This document shows positions 30,781 through 41,441 of a stretch of 64,000 bases of DNA, piece by piece. The notes below the pieces were generated by a model. The model saw only the letters and a program-made list of their open reading frames with translations, was not told where the DNA came from and did no database searches. Source of the stretch: an uncultured Gammaproteobacteria bacterium (GTDB lineage: Bacteria > Pseudomonadota > Gammaproteobacteria > Xanthomonadales > Rhodanobacteraceae); contig CAVXWA010000010.1 of NCBI GenBank assembly GCA_963765335.1, positions 187,920 to 251,919 on the forward strand, written 5' to 3'. A program made the translations under genes and the position numbers. Every line of letters starts with the position of its first letter. Position 1 is the stretch's first letter.

Positions 30781-32336
30781 GAACTGCACGACAACATCGA
30801 GCAGCCCGCTTTCTGACGTGCCCAGTCCGGGCGCTTCTGGGCATAACGCTCCCGGCCCGGCTGATCGTCATAAGGGCGGCGCATGACATCCAGCAATTCG
30901 CGGATGCCGTCGTAATCGCCTTCCGTGGCGCGATCGATGGCCTCCTGCGCCAGATAATTGCGCAGCACGTAGCGCGGGTTCGCGCCCTGCATGCGCGCGC
31001 GGCGCTGTTCAAGCGTCAACGGGTCGGCGGCGACGCGCGCCGCATAGCGCGCCAGCCATGCGAGAAACGCGGGCTCAGCATCGACTCGTTTCAGCTCGTC
31101 GTAGAACGCTTCCTGCAGCGGCTCGAGTGAAGGCGCCTGCATATCGATATCGCCCAGTGCGCGAAAGAACAGCGTCATGTCCACTTCACTTTCACTCAGC
31201 AGTGCATGAAGCGCACGCATCAGCTCGACGTCGTCATCGCGGCATTCGGCCAGGCCCAGCTTCGCAGCGATCGACTCTCGATCTGCGGCGGCGTATGTCG
31301 CCGCATAGTGATCCAATCCTGCCTGCAATGACTTCACGCCGTCGAACAGCGGCGCCAGCGCCATGGCGAGGCGACTCAGGTTCCACCACGCCACATTCGG
31401 TTGCTGGCCAAAACGATAGCGGCGACGTCCTGCGTCTGTCGTATTGGGCGTCCATTCCGGATCGAAGTTGTCGACCCATCCATACGGGCCGTAGTCGATG
31501 GTGAGCCCGAGTATGGACATGTTGTCGGTGTTCATCACACCATGCACAAAGCCTACGCGCATCCAGTGCGCCACCATCACCGCCGTGCGCTCGCATATCT
31601 GGCCGAACCACTCGGCATACAGCGCCTCACCTTGGCCTTGCAGTTCGGGAAAATCACGACGAATGGTGAATTCCACCAATTGCCGAAGTAGTTCGATCTC
31701 GCCGCGCGCCGCGGGCAGCTCGAAATTGCCGAAACGAATAAACGAGGGCGCCACGCGGCAGACGATGGCACCAGGCTCTTCCTGCGGATGGCCGTCGTAG
31801 AACATGTCGCGCACGACGGCGTCACCGGTAACGACAAGACTCAAAGCCCGTGTGGTCGGCACGCCGAGGTGATGCATCGCCTCGCTGCAGAGGAATTCGC
31901 GAATGGAGGAGCGCAAGACAGCGCGCCCATCGGCACCACGCGAATACGGCGTGCGACCGGCGCCTTTCAGCTGCAACTCCCAACGCATTCCGTGTGTGTC
32001 GAGAACTTCGCCCAGCGAGATGGCACGTCCGTCGCCAAGCTGATCGGCCCAGACCCCGAACTGATGGCCGCCGTAGTTCGCGGCATAGGGCTGCATGCCT
32101 TCCAACAACGCATTTCCACCGAATACGGCTGCAAAATCGGCGCTGGCAATATCAGGCTCACTCAGACCCAGCGTCTGCGCCATCTCGTGCGAATAGGCGA
32201 CGACGCGCGGTGACGCCACTGGCGTTGGCTCGACGCGCGAGTACAGCGCTCCCAGCACCTGCCGCTGACGCGCTCCCGATTCCGGGTCGCCAGGAAGTTC
32301 ACGAGTGAAAGCGTTATCGAAACGAAAGTGATGCAT
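30777..32336 (-). CDS. selO: Protein adenylyltransferase SelO (YdiU)
   Basis: [40 protein letters not shown]-terminal CSS. Confidence 0.96.
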   Translation of the reverse strand: MHHFRFDNAFTRELPGDPESGARQRQVLGALYSRVEPTPVASPRVVAYSHEMAQTLGLSEPDIASADFAAVFGGNALLEGMQPYAANYGGHQFGVWADQLGDGRAISLGEVLDTHGMRWELQLKGAGRTPYSRGADGRAVLRSSIREFLCSEAMHHLGVPTTRALSLVVTGDAVVRDMFYDGHPQEEPGAIVCRVAPSFIRFGNFELPAARGEIELLRQLVEFTIRRDFPELQGQGEALYAEWFGQICERTAVMVAHWMRVGFVHGVMNTDNMSILGLTIDYGPYGWVDNFDPEWTPNTTDAGRRRYRFGQQPNVAWWNLSRLAMALAPLFDGVKSLQAGLDHYAATYAAADRESIAAKLGLAECRDDDVELMRALHALLSESEVDMTLFFRALGDIDMQAPSLEPLQEAFYDELKRVDAEPAFLAWLARYAARVAADPLTLEQRRARMQGANPRYVLRNYLAQEAIDRATEGDYDGIRELLDVMRRPYDDQPGRERYAQKRPDWARQKAGCSMLSCSS

Positions 32337-32575
32337 GTGCCGCCCAATTCCCGAGATGTGAAGCGTCGTGCTCTGATGTTTGGCTAGGGTGCGTTTGATG
32401 CAAGACGTGCCGTGAACTATGACAGTGACATCGCGCCCTCACTCCCGCGCACGGTTTATGCTGCGCCGCGGCATGCAGCTACTCCTGTTCAGTGCCCGTT
32501 GGCATTTGTATATGACGGGTGAAGATGGTTAGAGTGGCCTAACGCGGCTGCACAGGGGCAGTCGGGAGTCTCACT

Positions 32576-32776
32576 ATGCACATGCTTCTTGCACGTTCCG
32601 CCTTTCAGCGCGGAATGCAGCTGGTAGCAGGGATGCTCCCCCACCGGGATACGCAGGATGCGCCGATTACTCAAGACGACGATTGCGGCCATTTTCAGTT
32701 GGTGTCCTGGCAGCCTGGCGCCCACTCGCGCAGGGAAGACGAACTGGCGCGCCGCCGCGAGTATCTAACCGGCTGA
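32576..32776 (+). CDS. Small hypothetical protein
   Basis: 66-aa ORF with GGAG RBS in an otherwise empty gap; no recognisable motif. Confidence 0.4.
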   Translation: MHMLLARSAFQRGMQLVAGMLPHRDTQDAPITQDDDCGHFQLVSWQPGAHSRREDELARRREYLTG

Positions 32777-32783
32777 GTCGTAC

Positions 32784-33500
32784 TCAACCGGACGATGCCG
32801 GCCCCGCAAAAATAGTTGCGACATCGTTCCCGTCCAGCGCGCGCCACTTGCCTGCCGGAAGATCACCGAGCGTGAGACCGCCTACGGAAATTCGCGCTAG
32901 CGTTTCCACGTGGTTGCCGACGGCAGCGAACATGCGGCGTACCTGGTGATAGCGTCCTTCGGTCAGGGTCAGGCGCACATGGCGCGGCGACAACACGTCC
33001 AGCATCGCCGGCTCCAGCGGCTCCTTTTCCGACTCCAGCATCATGCTGCCGCTGGCGAACAGCTCGCCTTCGTCGCCACGCAGATCCTGCGCGAGCATGG
33101 CTTCATACACTTTGGCCACCTGCGACTTCGGCGAGATAATTCGATGCAGCAGTGCGCCGTCGTCAGTGAACAGAAGCAGGCCGGACGTGTCGCGATCAAG
33201 CCGACCAACGGTTGAAAGTGCCGGATCGCGCACCCGATAGCGTGGCGGCAGCAAGTCATAAACCACGCGCCCCTGATCCTTGCGCGAGCAGGTGGCGCCC
33301 AGTGGCTTGTTCATCATCAGGATCAGGCCCGCAGGCGGATCGAGCGGTTCGTCGTCGACGCGGATGTGCTCATGCGGCACCTTGTCATCGGCGTACAACA
33401 CGTCGCCATCGGGATCGGTGATGCGTCCTTCGCGAAACATCAGCGCCACGTCCTTGCGGCTGCCATAACCTAGATTGGCGATCAGCTTGACCAATTTCAT
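32784..33500 (-). CDS. RsuA-family pseudouridine synthase
   Basis: S4-like N-terminus, VGRLDRDTSGLL, EGRYHQVRRMF. Confidence 0.93.
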   Translation of the reverse strand: MKLVKLIANLGYGSRKDVALMFREGRITDPDGDVLYADDKVPHEHIRVDDEPLDPPAGLILMMNKPLGATCSRKDQGRVVYDLLPPRYRVRDPALSTVGRLDRDTSGLLLFTDDGALLHRIISPKSQVAKVYEAMLAQDLRGDEGELFASGSMMLESEKEPLEPAMLDVLSPRHVRLTLTEGRYHQVRRMFAAVGNHVETLARISVGGLTLGDLPAGKWRALDGNDVATIFAGPASSG

Positions 33501-34564
33501 GCGCGTACTCCGCGTGCTTCGATCACCTTGAAACCTTCCTGCGTCGTCACCGTACGTACCTCGGTAAAGCGTGCGGCCAGCGTGGCCTCATAGGGCAGAT
33601 GGCGATTTGCCACCAGCCACAGGCGTCCATGCGGCAATAGCGCGCCGGCCGCCGTATCGATAAATGCGCGCCCCAGTTCTGGAAGGTCCGCGCGGCCTTG
33701 ATGGAAAGGTGGATTGCTGACGATGGCGTCGTAACGATGAGGCAGTCCCTGCGTCACGTCGTGCCAATGGATGGCGAACGTCACCGTCCTGCCGCACGCA
33801 CGCTGCGCGTCTTCCAGATTCAGTCGTGCCGGCTCCAGCGCGCGTCGTTCCGCTTCGTACAGGTCGATGCCAGTCACGCCTGCACAGCGTGCAAGCACCT
33901 GGGTGGCGAGATAGCCGTAGCCCGCGCCAAGATCCGCCAGCCGTCCTGAAAGATCAGCCGGCAAGTGCGCTGCCAGCAGGGCTGAGGCTGGATCCACGCG
34001 ATCCCAGGCGAACAGTCCCGGGCGGCTGGTATAACCCGCGGCGTTGCGTCGCGGAGCATCAAGCGCAGACCATTCGTCGAGGAGCTCCGAACCAGCCGCA
34101 TCGCCCAGGGGCGAGGTCCAGAACACGCGGCATTTGTGCTTGGAGATCACCTGCAGCGGGCCGGCAAGGCGAGCGAGGTCCGCTTCGCCCGACTTGGCGC
34201 CCTCGGTATTGGGCATCGCCGCCAACACCACCCCACCCGGAGCGGCACGGCGCATGGCCTGTGCGAACAGCGCGCGCGCCTCATCTCGTTGCCGCGGCGG
34301 CAACACCAGCACCAAGGGGTACCGTTCATCGCTATCGGGCGCACCCAGCCTCAGTCCGCTGCGTTCCAGCGCATCGGCGAACGGCTTGAAGGTCTGCTCG
34401 CAGACCCAGGCCGGACGTGCCATCTCGCGCAGACGGAATCCATCTCGCGCACGCATGAATAACGCGCGCCCGTCGGCCGGCAGGCTAAGCAGCCCCGTCT
34501 CAAACGGAACGAACAAAGCCTCCAGCGCCGCATCGGGGGCAGCGGCGGAGAACACGGCAGCCAT
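33497..34564 (-). CDS. RsmC-like class I SAM-dependent methyltransferase
   Basis: PGLFAWDRVD, DLGAGYG, IVSNPPFH, VANRHLPY. Confidence 0.92.
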   Translation of the reverse strand: MAAVFSAAAPDAALEALFVPFETGLLSLPADGRALFMRARDGFRLREMARPAWVCEQTFKPFADALERSGLRLGAPDSDERYPLVLVLPPRQRDEARALFAQAMRRAAPGGVVLAAMPNTEGAKSGEADLARLAGPLQVISKHKCRVFWTSPLGDAAGSELLDEWSALDAPRRNAAGYTSRPGLFAWDRVDPASALLAAHLPADLSGRLADLGAGYGYLATQVLARCAGVTGIDLYEAERRALEPARLNLEDAQRACGRTVTFAIHWHDVTQGLPHRYDAIVSNPPFHQGRADLPELGRAFIDTAAGALLPHGRLWLVANRHLPYEATLAARFTEVRTVTTQEGFKVIEARGVRA

Positions 34565-34631
34565 CACGCAGGGAATATCCAACTCATCAGTGGACGCGCA
34601 TTTTAGCTGCCCGCCAGGCGAAACGCCTTCC

Positions 34632-35507
34632 CTAGGGTGAAAGCAGCTCGCGCTCGCTAAGGAACTGACGCCGTTTGCCGCTGATCGGATCGACAAAGGA
34701 GAGCGCCTGCGCCAGCAATTGCAGCGGGTGCACATAGTCGTCTGCCGCCCGCTCCGTCAGTCCGGGGTAGAACGTGTCATGCCGAATCGGCGCCCCCAAG
34801 GCGCTCATGTGCACGCGCAGCTGGTGTTTTTTCCCGGTGATCGGTTGCAGCGCATAGAGCCAGTGGTGGCCGGCGCGATCCAGTACATCGATGCGCGTCT
34901 CGCTATTGGCCTCGCCCTCCACCTCCTGCATCCGGAAGAACGGCTCGCCGGCAACGATGCGCGAGCGCCGAACGTAAGGGAACTCCCGTTGCGGCAGCGC
35001 AGGTGCCCAGGCACGGTACTGTTTTTCGATACGTCGCTCCCGGAACAACGCCTGGTAGGCGGAGCGGCTGGCCGGATCGGCGGAAAACATCACCAGCCCC
35101 GCCGTATGCCGATCGATACGATGCAAGGGCACCAGATCGGGGTTGTCGAGCGTGCGAATGAGCCGTGCCAGCACCGTTTCCTGAACAAAACCGCCCGCTG
35201 GCGTAACTGGAAGGAAATGCGGCTTGTCGACCACGACCAGGTGCGCGTCGACATGCAGCAAGGTCTCGTGGAAGGGAATGGGCGCCTCGTCCAGCACCTC
35301 GCGGAAATAACGCACGCAAAGGCCGACACGGTACGGCGCATCCGCCTGCAGGGCGCGGCCGTCCTCATCCTGCACCCGCCCCCGCTCGAACCGGTCCAGC
35401 CAATGCGCCCGCGGGATTTGCGCAAACTGCGCGCACAAGCCATCCAGCACGGTCGACCAGGGCCCGGGAGGCAGATGAAACGTGCTGGCGGCGATCGAAC
35501 GGGGCAT
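34632..35507 (-). CDS. RluA-family pseudouridine synthase
   Basis: VVDKPHFLP, HRIDRHTAG, TGKKHQLRVH. Confidence 0.93.
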   Translation of the reverse strand: MPRSIAASTFHLPPGPWSTVLDGLCAQFAQIPRAHWLDRFERGRVQDEDGRALQADAPYRVGLCVRYFREVLDEAPIPFHETLLHVDAHLVVVDKPHFLPVTPAGGFVQETVLARLIRTLDNPDLVPLHRIDRHTAGLVMFSADPASRSAYQALFRERRIEKQYRAWAPALPQREFPYVRRSRIVAGEPFFRMQEVEGEANSETRIDVLDRAGHHWLYALQPITGKKHQLRVHMSALGAPIRHDTFYPGLTERAADDYVHPLQLLAQALSFVDPISGKRRQFLSERELLSP

Positions 35508-35720
35508 GCGTGGCTCCACCGAGAAGTCTCCAGCTTAGAGTCTCTCGCCGGCTTTTGCGCCGTCTGGCGTGGCCGATCACCGACTCATTCGAGGCATTGT
35601 CCTGGCACCTGCATCTACCCCGTTTCCCCAGCCAGAACCTTCGCTACACTTCCCATCGAATGGGCGCAGGCCCGGGGATCGCGCCCCCAAGGCGCGACGG
35701 ATACGAGACAGGGGCAGGAC

Positions 35721-37745
35721 ATGGAAAAACGGGTAGGCAGCGCGCGGAAAATGCTTTTCCCGAATCGGCTGGCGTCGCGGCCCGCCGTGGCCTGGCTCGC
35801 CTGGCTGGCCCTGTGGGTCGCGCCAGCGGTCGGCGCGGCAACGCTCGACCCAGCGGTACTGCCCAGGGTGCAGGCTGCGACGTTCGAGGTTGTGGTGCCC
35901 AAGCCGGTCGACGACACGCTTACCTACGAAAAGCCATTGCCGCTGGACCAGCTGCCGTTCCAGTTGCGCAACGACAAGTATTACTCCGTGGGCACGGCGT
36001 TTGCCGTAGGTGACAACCGCTATGTCACCGCCGGCCACGTACTGGCGATAGGCATCAGCAACCTGATGGGTGAACCGGCCGTGCGTGATGCCAACGGCAA
36101 CGTCTACGCCATCGACAAGATCACGCGCTACTCGCTGCAGGAAGACTTTGTCGAGTTCTCGCTGAAGAACGCACCTAAGATCGCGCCGCTGGAAGTGAAT
36201 ACGCAGCCCGCCATGAACGATGTCGTCTACGCCGTCGGCAATGCGCTGGGTACGGGCATCGTGATTCGCGATGGCTTGTACACCTCGCAGACACCCGAAG
36301 AGGAAAACGGTCGCTGGAAATGGATGCGCTTCTCTGCCGCGGCATCACCCGGCAACAGCGGTGGCCCGCTGCTCGACAAAGATGGCAAGGTCATTGGCGT
36401 CGTGCTGATGAAATCGCCCGACGAGAATCTCAACTACGCCCTGCCCATCGACATGGTGCTGAAGGCACCGGCCGATCTCGCCGTCGCGGACACGCGCCAG
36501 CTGTACCAGCTGGACGCGATCGACGACAAACACTCGGGTACGTTCAAGGCGCAGTTCCCGCTGCCCAAGAGCTTCGCGGATTTCAGCGCGACGTTTCAGA
36601 AGCTGTACGACGCCTACGTCGACCAACAGCTGCACGACCTGTTGGCGGAGAACGCCGACACGATGTTCCCGAAAGGCTCCGGTTCCAGCCGCATGCTGCA
36701 TAGCAGCTCCAATCTCAACCCATTCCCGACCCTGCTTCATCGCAACAGCAGCGGCACCTGGGTGGCCACCAGCACCAGCGAAAGCAAGGGCACGCTCCCG
36801 CACAACGGCTACGTGTCCAAGGCGGTCGTGGGCAATCAGCTCATGTTCCATCTACGCAAGCCGGACGACGTGTCGAGCAAGCAGCTCTATGGCGATCCCA
36901 AGCTGGTCATGGATCTTTTGCTCAAGGGCGCGCCGCTGCAACGCCGCGTGGGTCCTGAGCAGGTCAAGGTGACGTCGCTGGGCAAGCCCACCGAGCAACA
37001 GACGTTTACGGATGCCTACCAGCGTCACTGGCAGGTACGTGTTTGGCCGATGGCCTATGACAACTCCAAGCTCGTCGCCTTCCTGCTACCGGTTCCCGAT
37101 GGCTACGCAGCGATGGTCCGCGTCGTCACGGCCAAATCCGAGCATGAGGAGATGGGCGACCTCAAGGCGCTCGCCAACTTCGTCTACGTCGCCTACAGCG
37201 GCACGCTGGCGCAGTGGAAGGAGTATCTCGCCAATACCGAACTGCTGCCGGCGGTGCTATCAGATATCGCGATTCACTTCGACTACGACAACGACTTCCG
37301 CTATCAATCCAAGCGCATGGATTTCTCCTATACGCCCGCGCTGCAGAAGATCGACAAGGACAGCCAGCTGGTGCTGGGCATGTCCTACTTCGAAGACCAC
37401 GGCAAGGTCGTGTGGGATGTTTCCAACGTCGTCGTGAAATCCAATATCGACAATGCCGAGAAGATCAGCGTCAACCGCCACGTTTCGCCGTCAGACGATC
37501 TCGACGACAGCTACCGCAACTACTGGGGCAAGGTGCTTCGCCGCAGCCATCCGGACGATGGCGTTCCGTATAGCGAAAACGATATGACCCTTATCGGCAC
37601 GGTGGGCGGCATGCCGGTGTCGGCGGATTCGAAGCCGGGGGTGCTGTATACGGCGTTCTATGGCGTGGATGGGCCGCGGCCGGAGGACGCCATGAAGGGC
37701 AAGCTCAATCTGCTGCTGGAGAAGTTGCAGATCAACGAGCATTGA
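35721..37745 (+). CDS. Secreted trypsin-like (S1) serine protease with large C-terminal extension
   Basis: Signal peptide, VTAGHV, QEDF, PGNSGGPL. Confidence 0.88.
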   Translation: MEKRVGSARKMLFPNRLASRPAVAWLAWLALWVAPAVGAATLDPAVLPRVQAATFEVVVPKPVDDTLTYEKPLPLDQLPFQLRNDKYYSVGTAFAVGDNRYVTAGHVLAIGISNLMGEPAVRDANGNVYAIDKITRYSLQEDFVEFSLKNAPKIAPLEVNTQPAMNDVVYAVGNALGTGIVIRDGLYTSQTPEEENGRWKWMRFSAAASPGNSGGPLLDKDGKVIGVVLMKSPDENLNYALPIDMVLKAPADLAVADTRQLYQLDAIDDKHSGTFKAQFPLPKSFADFSATFQKLYDAYVDQQLHDLLAENADTMFPKGSGSSRMLHSSSNLNPFPTLLHRNSSGTWVATSTSESKGTLPHNGYVSKAVVGNQLMFHLRKPDDVSSKQLYGDPKLVMDLLLKGAPLQRRVGPEQVKVTSLGKPTEQQTFTDAYQRHWQVRVWPMAYDNSKLVAFLLPVPDGYAAMVRVVTAKSEHEEMGDLKALANFVYVAYSGTLAQWKEYLANTELLPAVLSDIAIHFDYDNDFRYQSKRMDFSYTPALQKIDKDSQLVLGMSYFEDHGKVVWDVSNVVVKSNIDNAEKISVNRHVSPSDDLDDSYRNYWGKVLRRSHPDDGVPYSENDMTLIGTVGGMPVSADSKPGVLYTAFYGVDGPRPEDAMKGKLNLLLEKLQINEH

Positions 37746-37807
37746 TGCGCCGTCGGGTTGATGGACGGCGGGCCCGACTGAGTGGTTACGTCGGTTGGGT
37801 TGTATTC

Positions 37808-38489
37808 CCGCGACCGGGCTCGCCTTCCGGGCTGCGCCCTCCAGGTGCGCGCGTGGGTTACGGAGGTTTGTCGACAGGGCCTCCTGCCCTGACGACAAAC
37901 TGGCCGGCATCCCTGCCGGCCACCCTGCGGGCTTTTCCTCCACCCACCCGCCGCGCCATAGGTGCGCGACGAGCGGCAGAGCAGAGCCGAGCCAAAGCAC
38001 GACCATGCGGTGCCTGGTCTCCTATGTAGGAGCGCACCCTGTGCGCGAAAAGCCAACGGAGCGGTGACGCCGTGATCGCGCACAGGGTGCGCTCCTACAA
38101 TGGCGGCTCGCCCTCTTGATCTTCGGGCCCCTGTGCGGCGGTGAGGCGCGGACGATCAGGCCCCGTCAGGGGTGCCTGGCATGAATGCCAGGCACTTTTC
38201 GTCAGGGCAGGATGCCCTGTCGAAAAGCCCGGCCGACCCTCACGGACTTGCCGAGCTTTGCTCGGCAAGCGCCAAGCGGAGTGCCCTTCTCCGTCGGTTA
38301 CTTTCTCTTGGGCAAGCAAGAGAAAGTAACCCGACCTCCGGCAGGAGGACGGAAGCCCGCCGCAGGCGAGCCCGGTCGCGGTCACGCTAGATCAAGAGCG
38401 AAAGACGCTGGATCCCCGCTTTCGCGGGGATAACGGTGAGGGAACCTCGAGTTCACTGTGTGCTTGCCCCGCGTTCGCAGGGATGACGG
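37808..38489. repeat. Composite REP/BIME-like mosaic
   Basis: Inverted arms ccgcgaccgggctcgcc (37808) / ggcgagcccggtcgcgg (38381) around a GTAG REP doublet (38026..38098), followed by CGTC-type hairpins ccccgctttcgcgggg. Confidence 0.8.
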
Positions 38490-38575
38490 CGAGCGGTAGC
38501 CGCAAAATCCAGCCGCCGGGCGCCCCCGTCTCACACCGAAACAACATCTCTCGGCGCAATCTGATATCGCCACCC

Positions 38576-39969
38576 ATGAGGAGGCACTGCGTGACGCGAT
38601 GGATCGGGATGTTGGCAAGCGCCCTGCTCGTCGTGGCGCTCGCCGTGTCCACAGCAGCCGGACAGGCCGCTGGCGGTGCCGTGCGCACCAGCGGCTTCGT
38701 GGCGCGTATCGAACTCAGCGGCCCGATCGGCCCGGCTGCTGCTGAATACGTCGACGACACCCTCAACCGAGCCACCCGCGACGGGGCAACGGCGATCGTG
38801 CTGCAACTGGATACGCCGGGAGGCCTGTCCGATTCGATGCGGCAGATCATCGCCAGCATCCTCGCGGCGAAACGTCCGGTGCTGGGTTTTGTCGCGCCGG
38901 AGGGTGCGCGCGCCGCTTCCGCCGGCACCTATATTCTCTACGCCTGCCACCTGGCGGCCATGGCTCCAGCGACGCATCTTGGCGCGGCGACGCCGGTGCA
39001 GCTTGGCGGTGAAAACCCGTTGCCGTTGGGCAATGCCCCGTCCCCCGCGGGCTCGGCCGCGAAGCCCGTGTCCGATGCCGAGGAGCACAAGGTCATGAAT
39101 GACGCGATCGCCTACATCCGCTCGCTGGCCCAGCTCAACGGTCGCAATGCCGAATGGGCGGAACAGGCGGTGCGCGGCGCGGCCACGCTGACCGCCAGAC
39201 GAGGCATTGCAGAAGCACGTGATCGACTTGATCGCTGCCGATACCGATGCCCTGTTGACACGAGCCGACGGTCGACAGGTGCGCGTGGGCGGGCAACGAG
39301 GTTGCCGCTCAAGATCGCCGGCTTGTCCGTACGCGACTACGCGCCGAACTGGCGCACGCGTTTCCTCGGCGATCATCACCAACCCGACCATCGCCTACCT
39401 GCTGCTGCTGGCTGGCATCGTACGGGCTGGTGCTCGAGGCGTTTCATCCCGGCGCGCTGTTGCCGGGCATGGCCGGTGGCATCTGTCTGCTGATTGGCTT
39501 GTATGCGCTGCAACTGCTGCCGGTGAATTACGCGGGCTTGGCGCTGATGGTGCTCGGCGTCGGATTGATTGCTGACCGAGGCGATCACGCCGTCGGTAGG
39601 CGCGATCGGCCTCGGCGGAGTGATCGCCTTCGTGGTCGGCTCGATCATGTTGTTCAACACCGGCGTGCCTGGCTACGCGGTCAATCTGGGCGTGATCGCT
39701 GGCATCGCGGTTTCCGCAGCGGCGCTGCTGGCCCTGCTGCTTGCGACTGGTGATCCGATCGCGGCGAGCGCGGCCATTCAACGGCGATGCGCAAATGCTG
39801 ACTGGCGTCGGCGAGAACTGCTGGAGCCGGTGGATGCCGGCGGGGAAAGTTGGGCGCGGATCGCGGCGAACACTGGCGCGTCCGATGCGAGTCCGCGCTG
39901 CCTGCCGGTGCGCGTGTAAGGGTGGTGGGGCGTGACGGCTTGTTGCTGCGGGTAGACGCCGTGCGCTGA
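38576..39969 (+). pseudogene. nfeD: NfeD-family membrane-bound serine protease (ClpP class), multiply frameshifted
   Basis: LDTPGG, AASAG, MAPATHLGAA in one frame; membrane and OB-fold parts scattered over other frames. Confidence 0.85.
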
Positions 39970-40001
39970 TAGTCCGCGATGTGCCACAAGGAGACGTTGT
40001 C

Positions 40002-40759
40002 ATGTTCACTTCGTCGGTGTGATCTGGTGTGGATCGCGGCGCTGCTGTTCCTCTCGGTCAAGGTGCTTGCCGGAATACCAGCGCGGCGTCGTGCTGACGC
40101 TGGGCCGCTATACCGGCACCAAGGGGCCGGGACTGGTGATCCTGATTCCCATGGTGCAGCGGATGATGCGCGTCGACCTGCGCGTGACGGTGATGGACGT
40201 GCCACCGCAGGACGTGATCTCGCGCGACAACGTCTCGGTGCGGGTCAACGCGGTGGTGTATTTCCGCGTGGTGGAGCCGGACAAGGCCAGTGCTGCAGGT
40301 CGCGAACTTCTTCCAGGCCACCAGCCAGCTCGCGCAGACGCGCTTGCGCTCGGTGCTCGGCCAGCACGAGCTGGACGAGATCCTGTCGCAGCGCGACTCG
40401 ATCAACCACAGCCTGCAGACAGATCCTCGACGAAGCCACCGACCCCTGGGGCATCAAGGTCAGCCAACGTCGAGATCAAGGATGTCGACCTCAACGAAAC
40501 CATGGTGCGGGCGATCGCCCGCCAGGCCGAGGCCGAGCGCGAGCGCCGCGCCAAGGTGATCCACGCCGAAGGCGAAATGCAGGCCGCCGAGAAGCTGCGC
40601 GATGCCGCCGCGATGCTGTCGCAGCAGCCGCAGGCGCTGCAGCTGCGCTATCTGCAGACGCTGGCCGACATGTCCAGCAGCGGCAAGTCCTCGACCATCG
40701 TGTTCCCGCTGCCGATGGACCTGATCAAGCCGCTGATCGACCGTCTGTCTCCGAAGTAG
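40002..40759 (+). pseudogene. SPFH/stomatin (slipin) family protein, multiply frameshifted
   Basis: [45 protein letters not shown] split between frames; AAGGAG RBS. Confidence 0.87.
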
Positions 40760-40817
40760 GCCCAGCCAGGCACCAGGGCCACGTACAATGAGCGGTTGAC
40801 CCTCACCGGACGCCCTC

Positions 40818-41372
40818 ATGGCCCTGAATGCCACCATCTACAAGGCGGAACTGCAGGTCAGCGACATGGACCGGCATTACTACGCCACCCATGCGCTGAC
40901 CCTGGCGCGCCATCCCTCCGAGACCGAGGAACGCATGATGGTGCGCCTGCTCGCGTTCGCGCTGTATGCCGACGACCGGCTGGAATTCGGCAAGGGGCTC
41001 AGCGCGGATGACGAACCCGATCTCTGGCGCAAGGACTACAGCGGCGATATCCAGCAATGGATTGAGCTGGGACAGCCGGACGAGGCCCGCATCCGCAAGG
41101 CCTGCGGCCGCGCCGAGCAGGTGGTGGTGATCAATTACGGCGGCCGCGCCTCCGATATCTGGTGGGAGAAGAACGCCAGTGCGCTGGCCCGTCACCGCAA
41201 TCTCACCGTGCTGGACGTGCCGGCCGATACCGTGGCCACGCTGACTGCCATGGCCGAGCGCACACTGCGCCTGCAATGCCTGATCCAGGATGGCGAGCTG
41301 CAGCTGATGGGCGATTCCGCCGGCACCGGCGCCGCCGTACAGCCGCAGACGCGCATGGCTCCGGCCAACTGA
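40818..41372 (+). CDS. yaeQ: YaeQ family protein
   Basis: MALNATIYKA, ARHPSETEERMM, DEPDLW, WIELGQP. Confidence 0.95.
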   Translation: MALNATIYKAELQVSDMDRHYYATHALTLARHPSETEERMMVRLLAFALYADDRLEFGKGLSADDEPDLWRKDYSGDIQQWIELGQPDEARIRKACGRAEQVVVINYGGRASDIWWEKNASALARHRNLTVLDVPADTVATLTAMAERTLRLQCLIQDGELQLMGDSAGTGAAVQPQTRMAPAN

Positions 41373-41441
41373 GCTGCTCGGGCCCGGTTGATCAGCCGGG
41401 TACCGTCACCCTATCGTCGCCCCTAGTCACGAAGCCCGCTC

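Noticed and set aside
34719-35720. N-terminal 334 aa of the 1008-aa ORF
   Set aside because: Antisense shadow of the RluA-family gene; the real protease starts near 35721 with a signal peptide.
37808-38489. Possible CRISPR array
   Set aside because: Repeats are inverted and heterogeneous, with no regular repeat-spacer period and no cas genes.
39180-40470. Programmed frameshifting or phase variation in nfeD/SPFH
   Set aside because: Too many shifts, with no slippery heptamers or homopolymer tracts at the sites.
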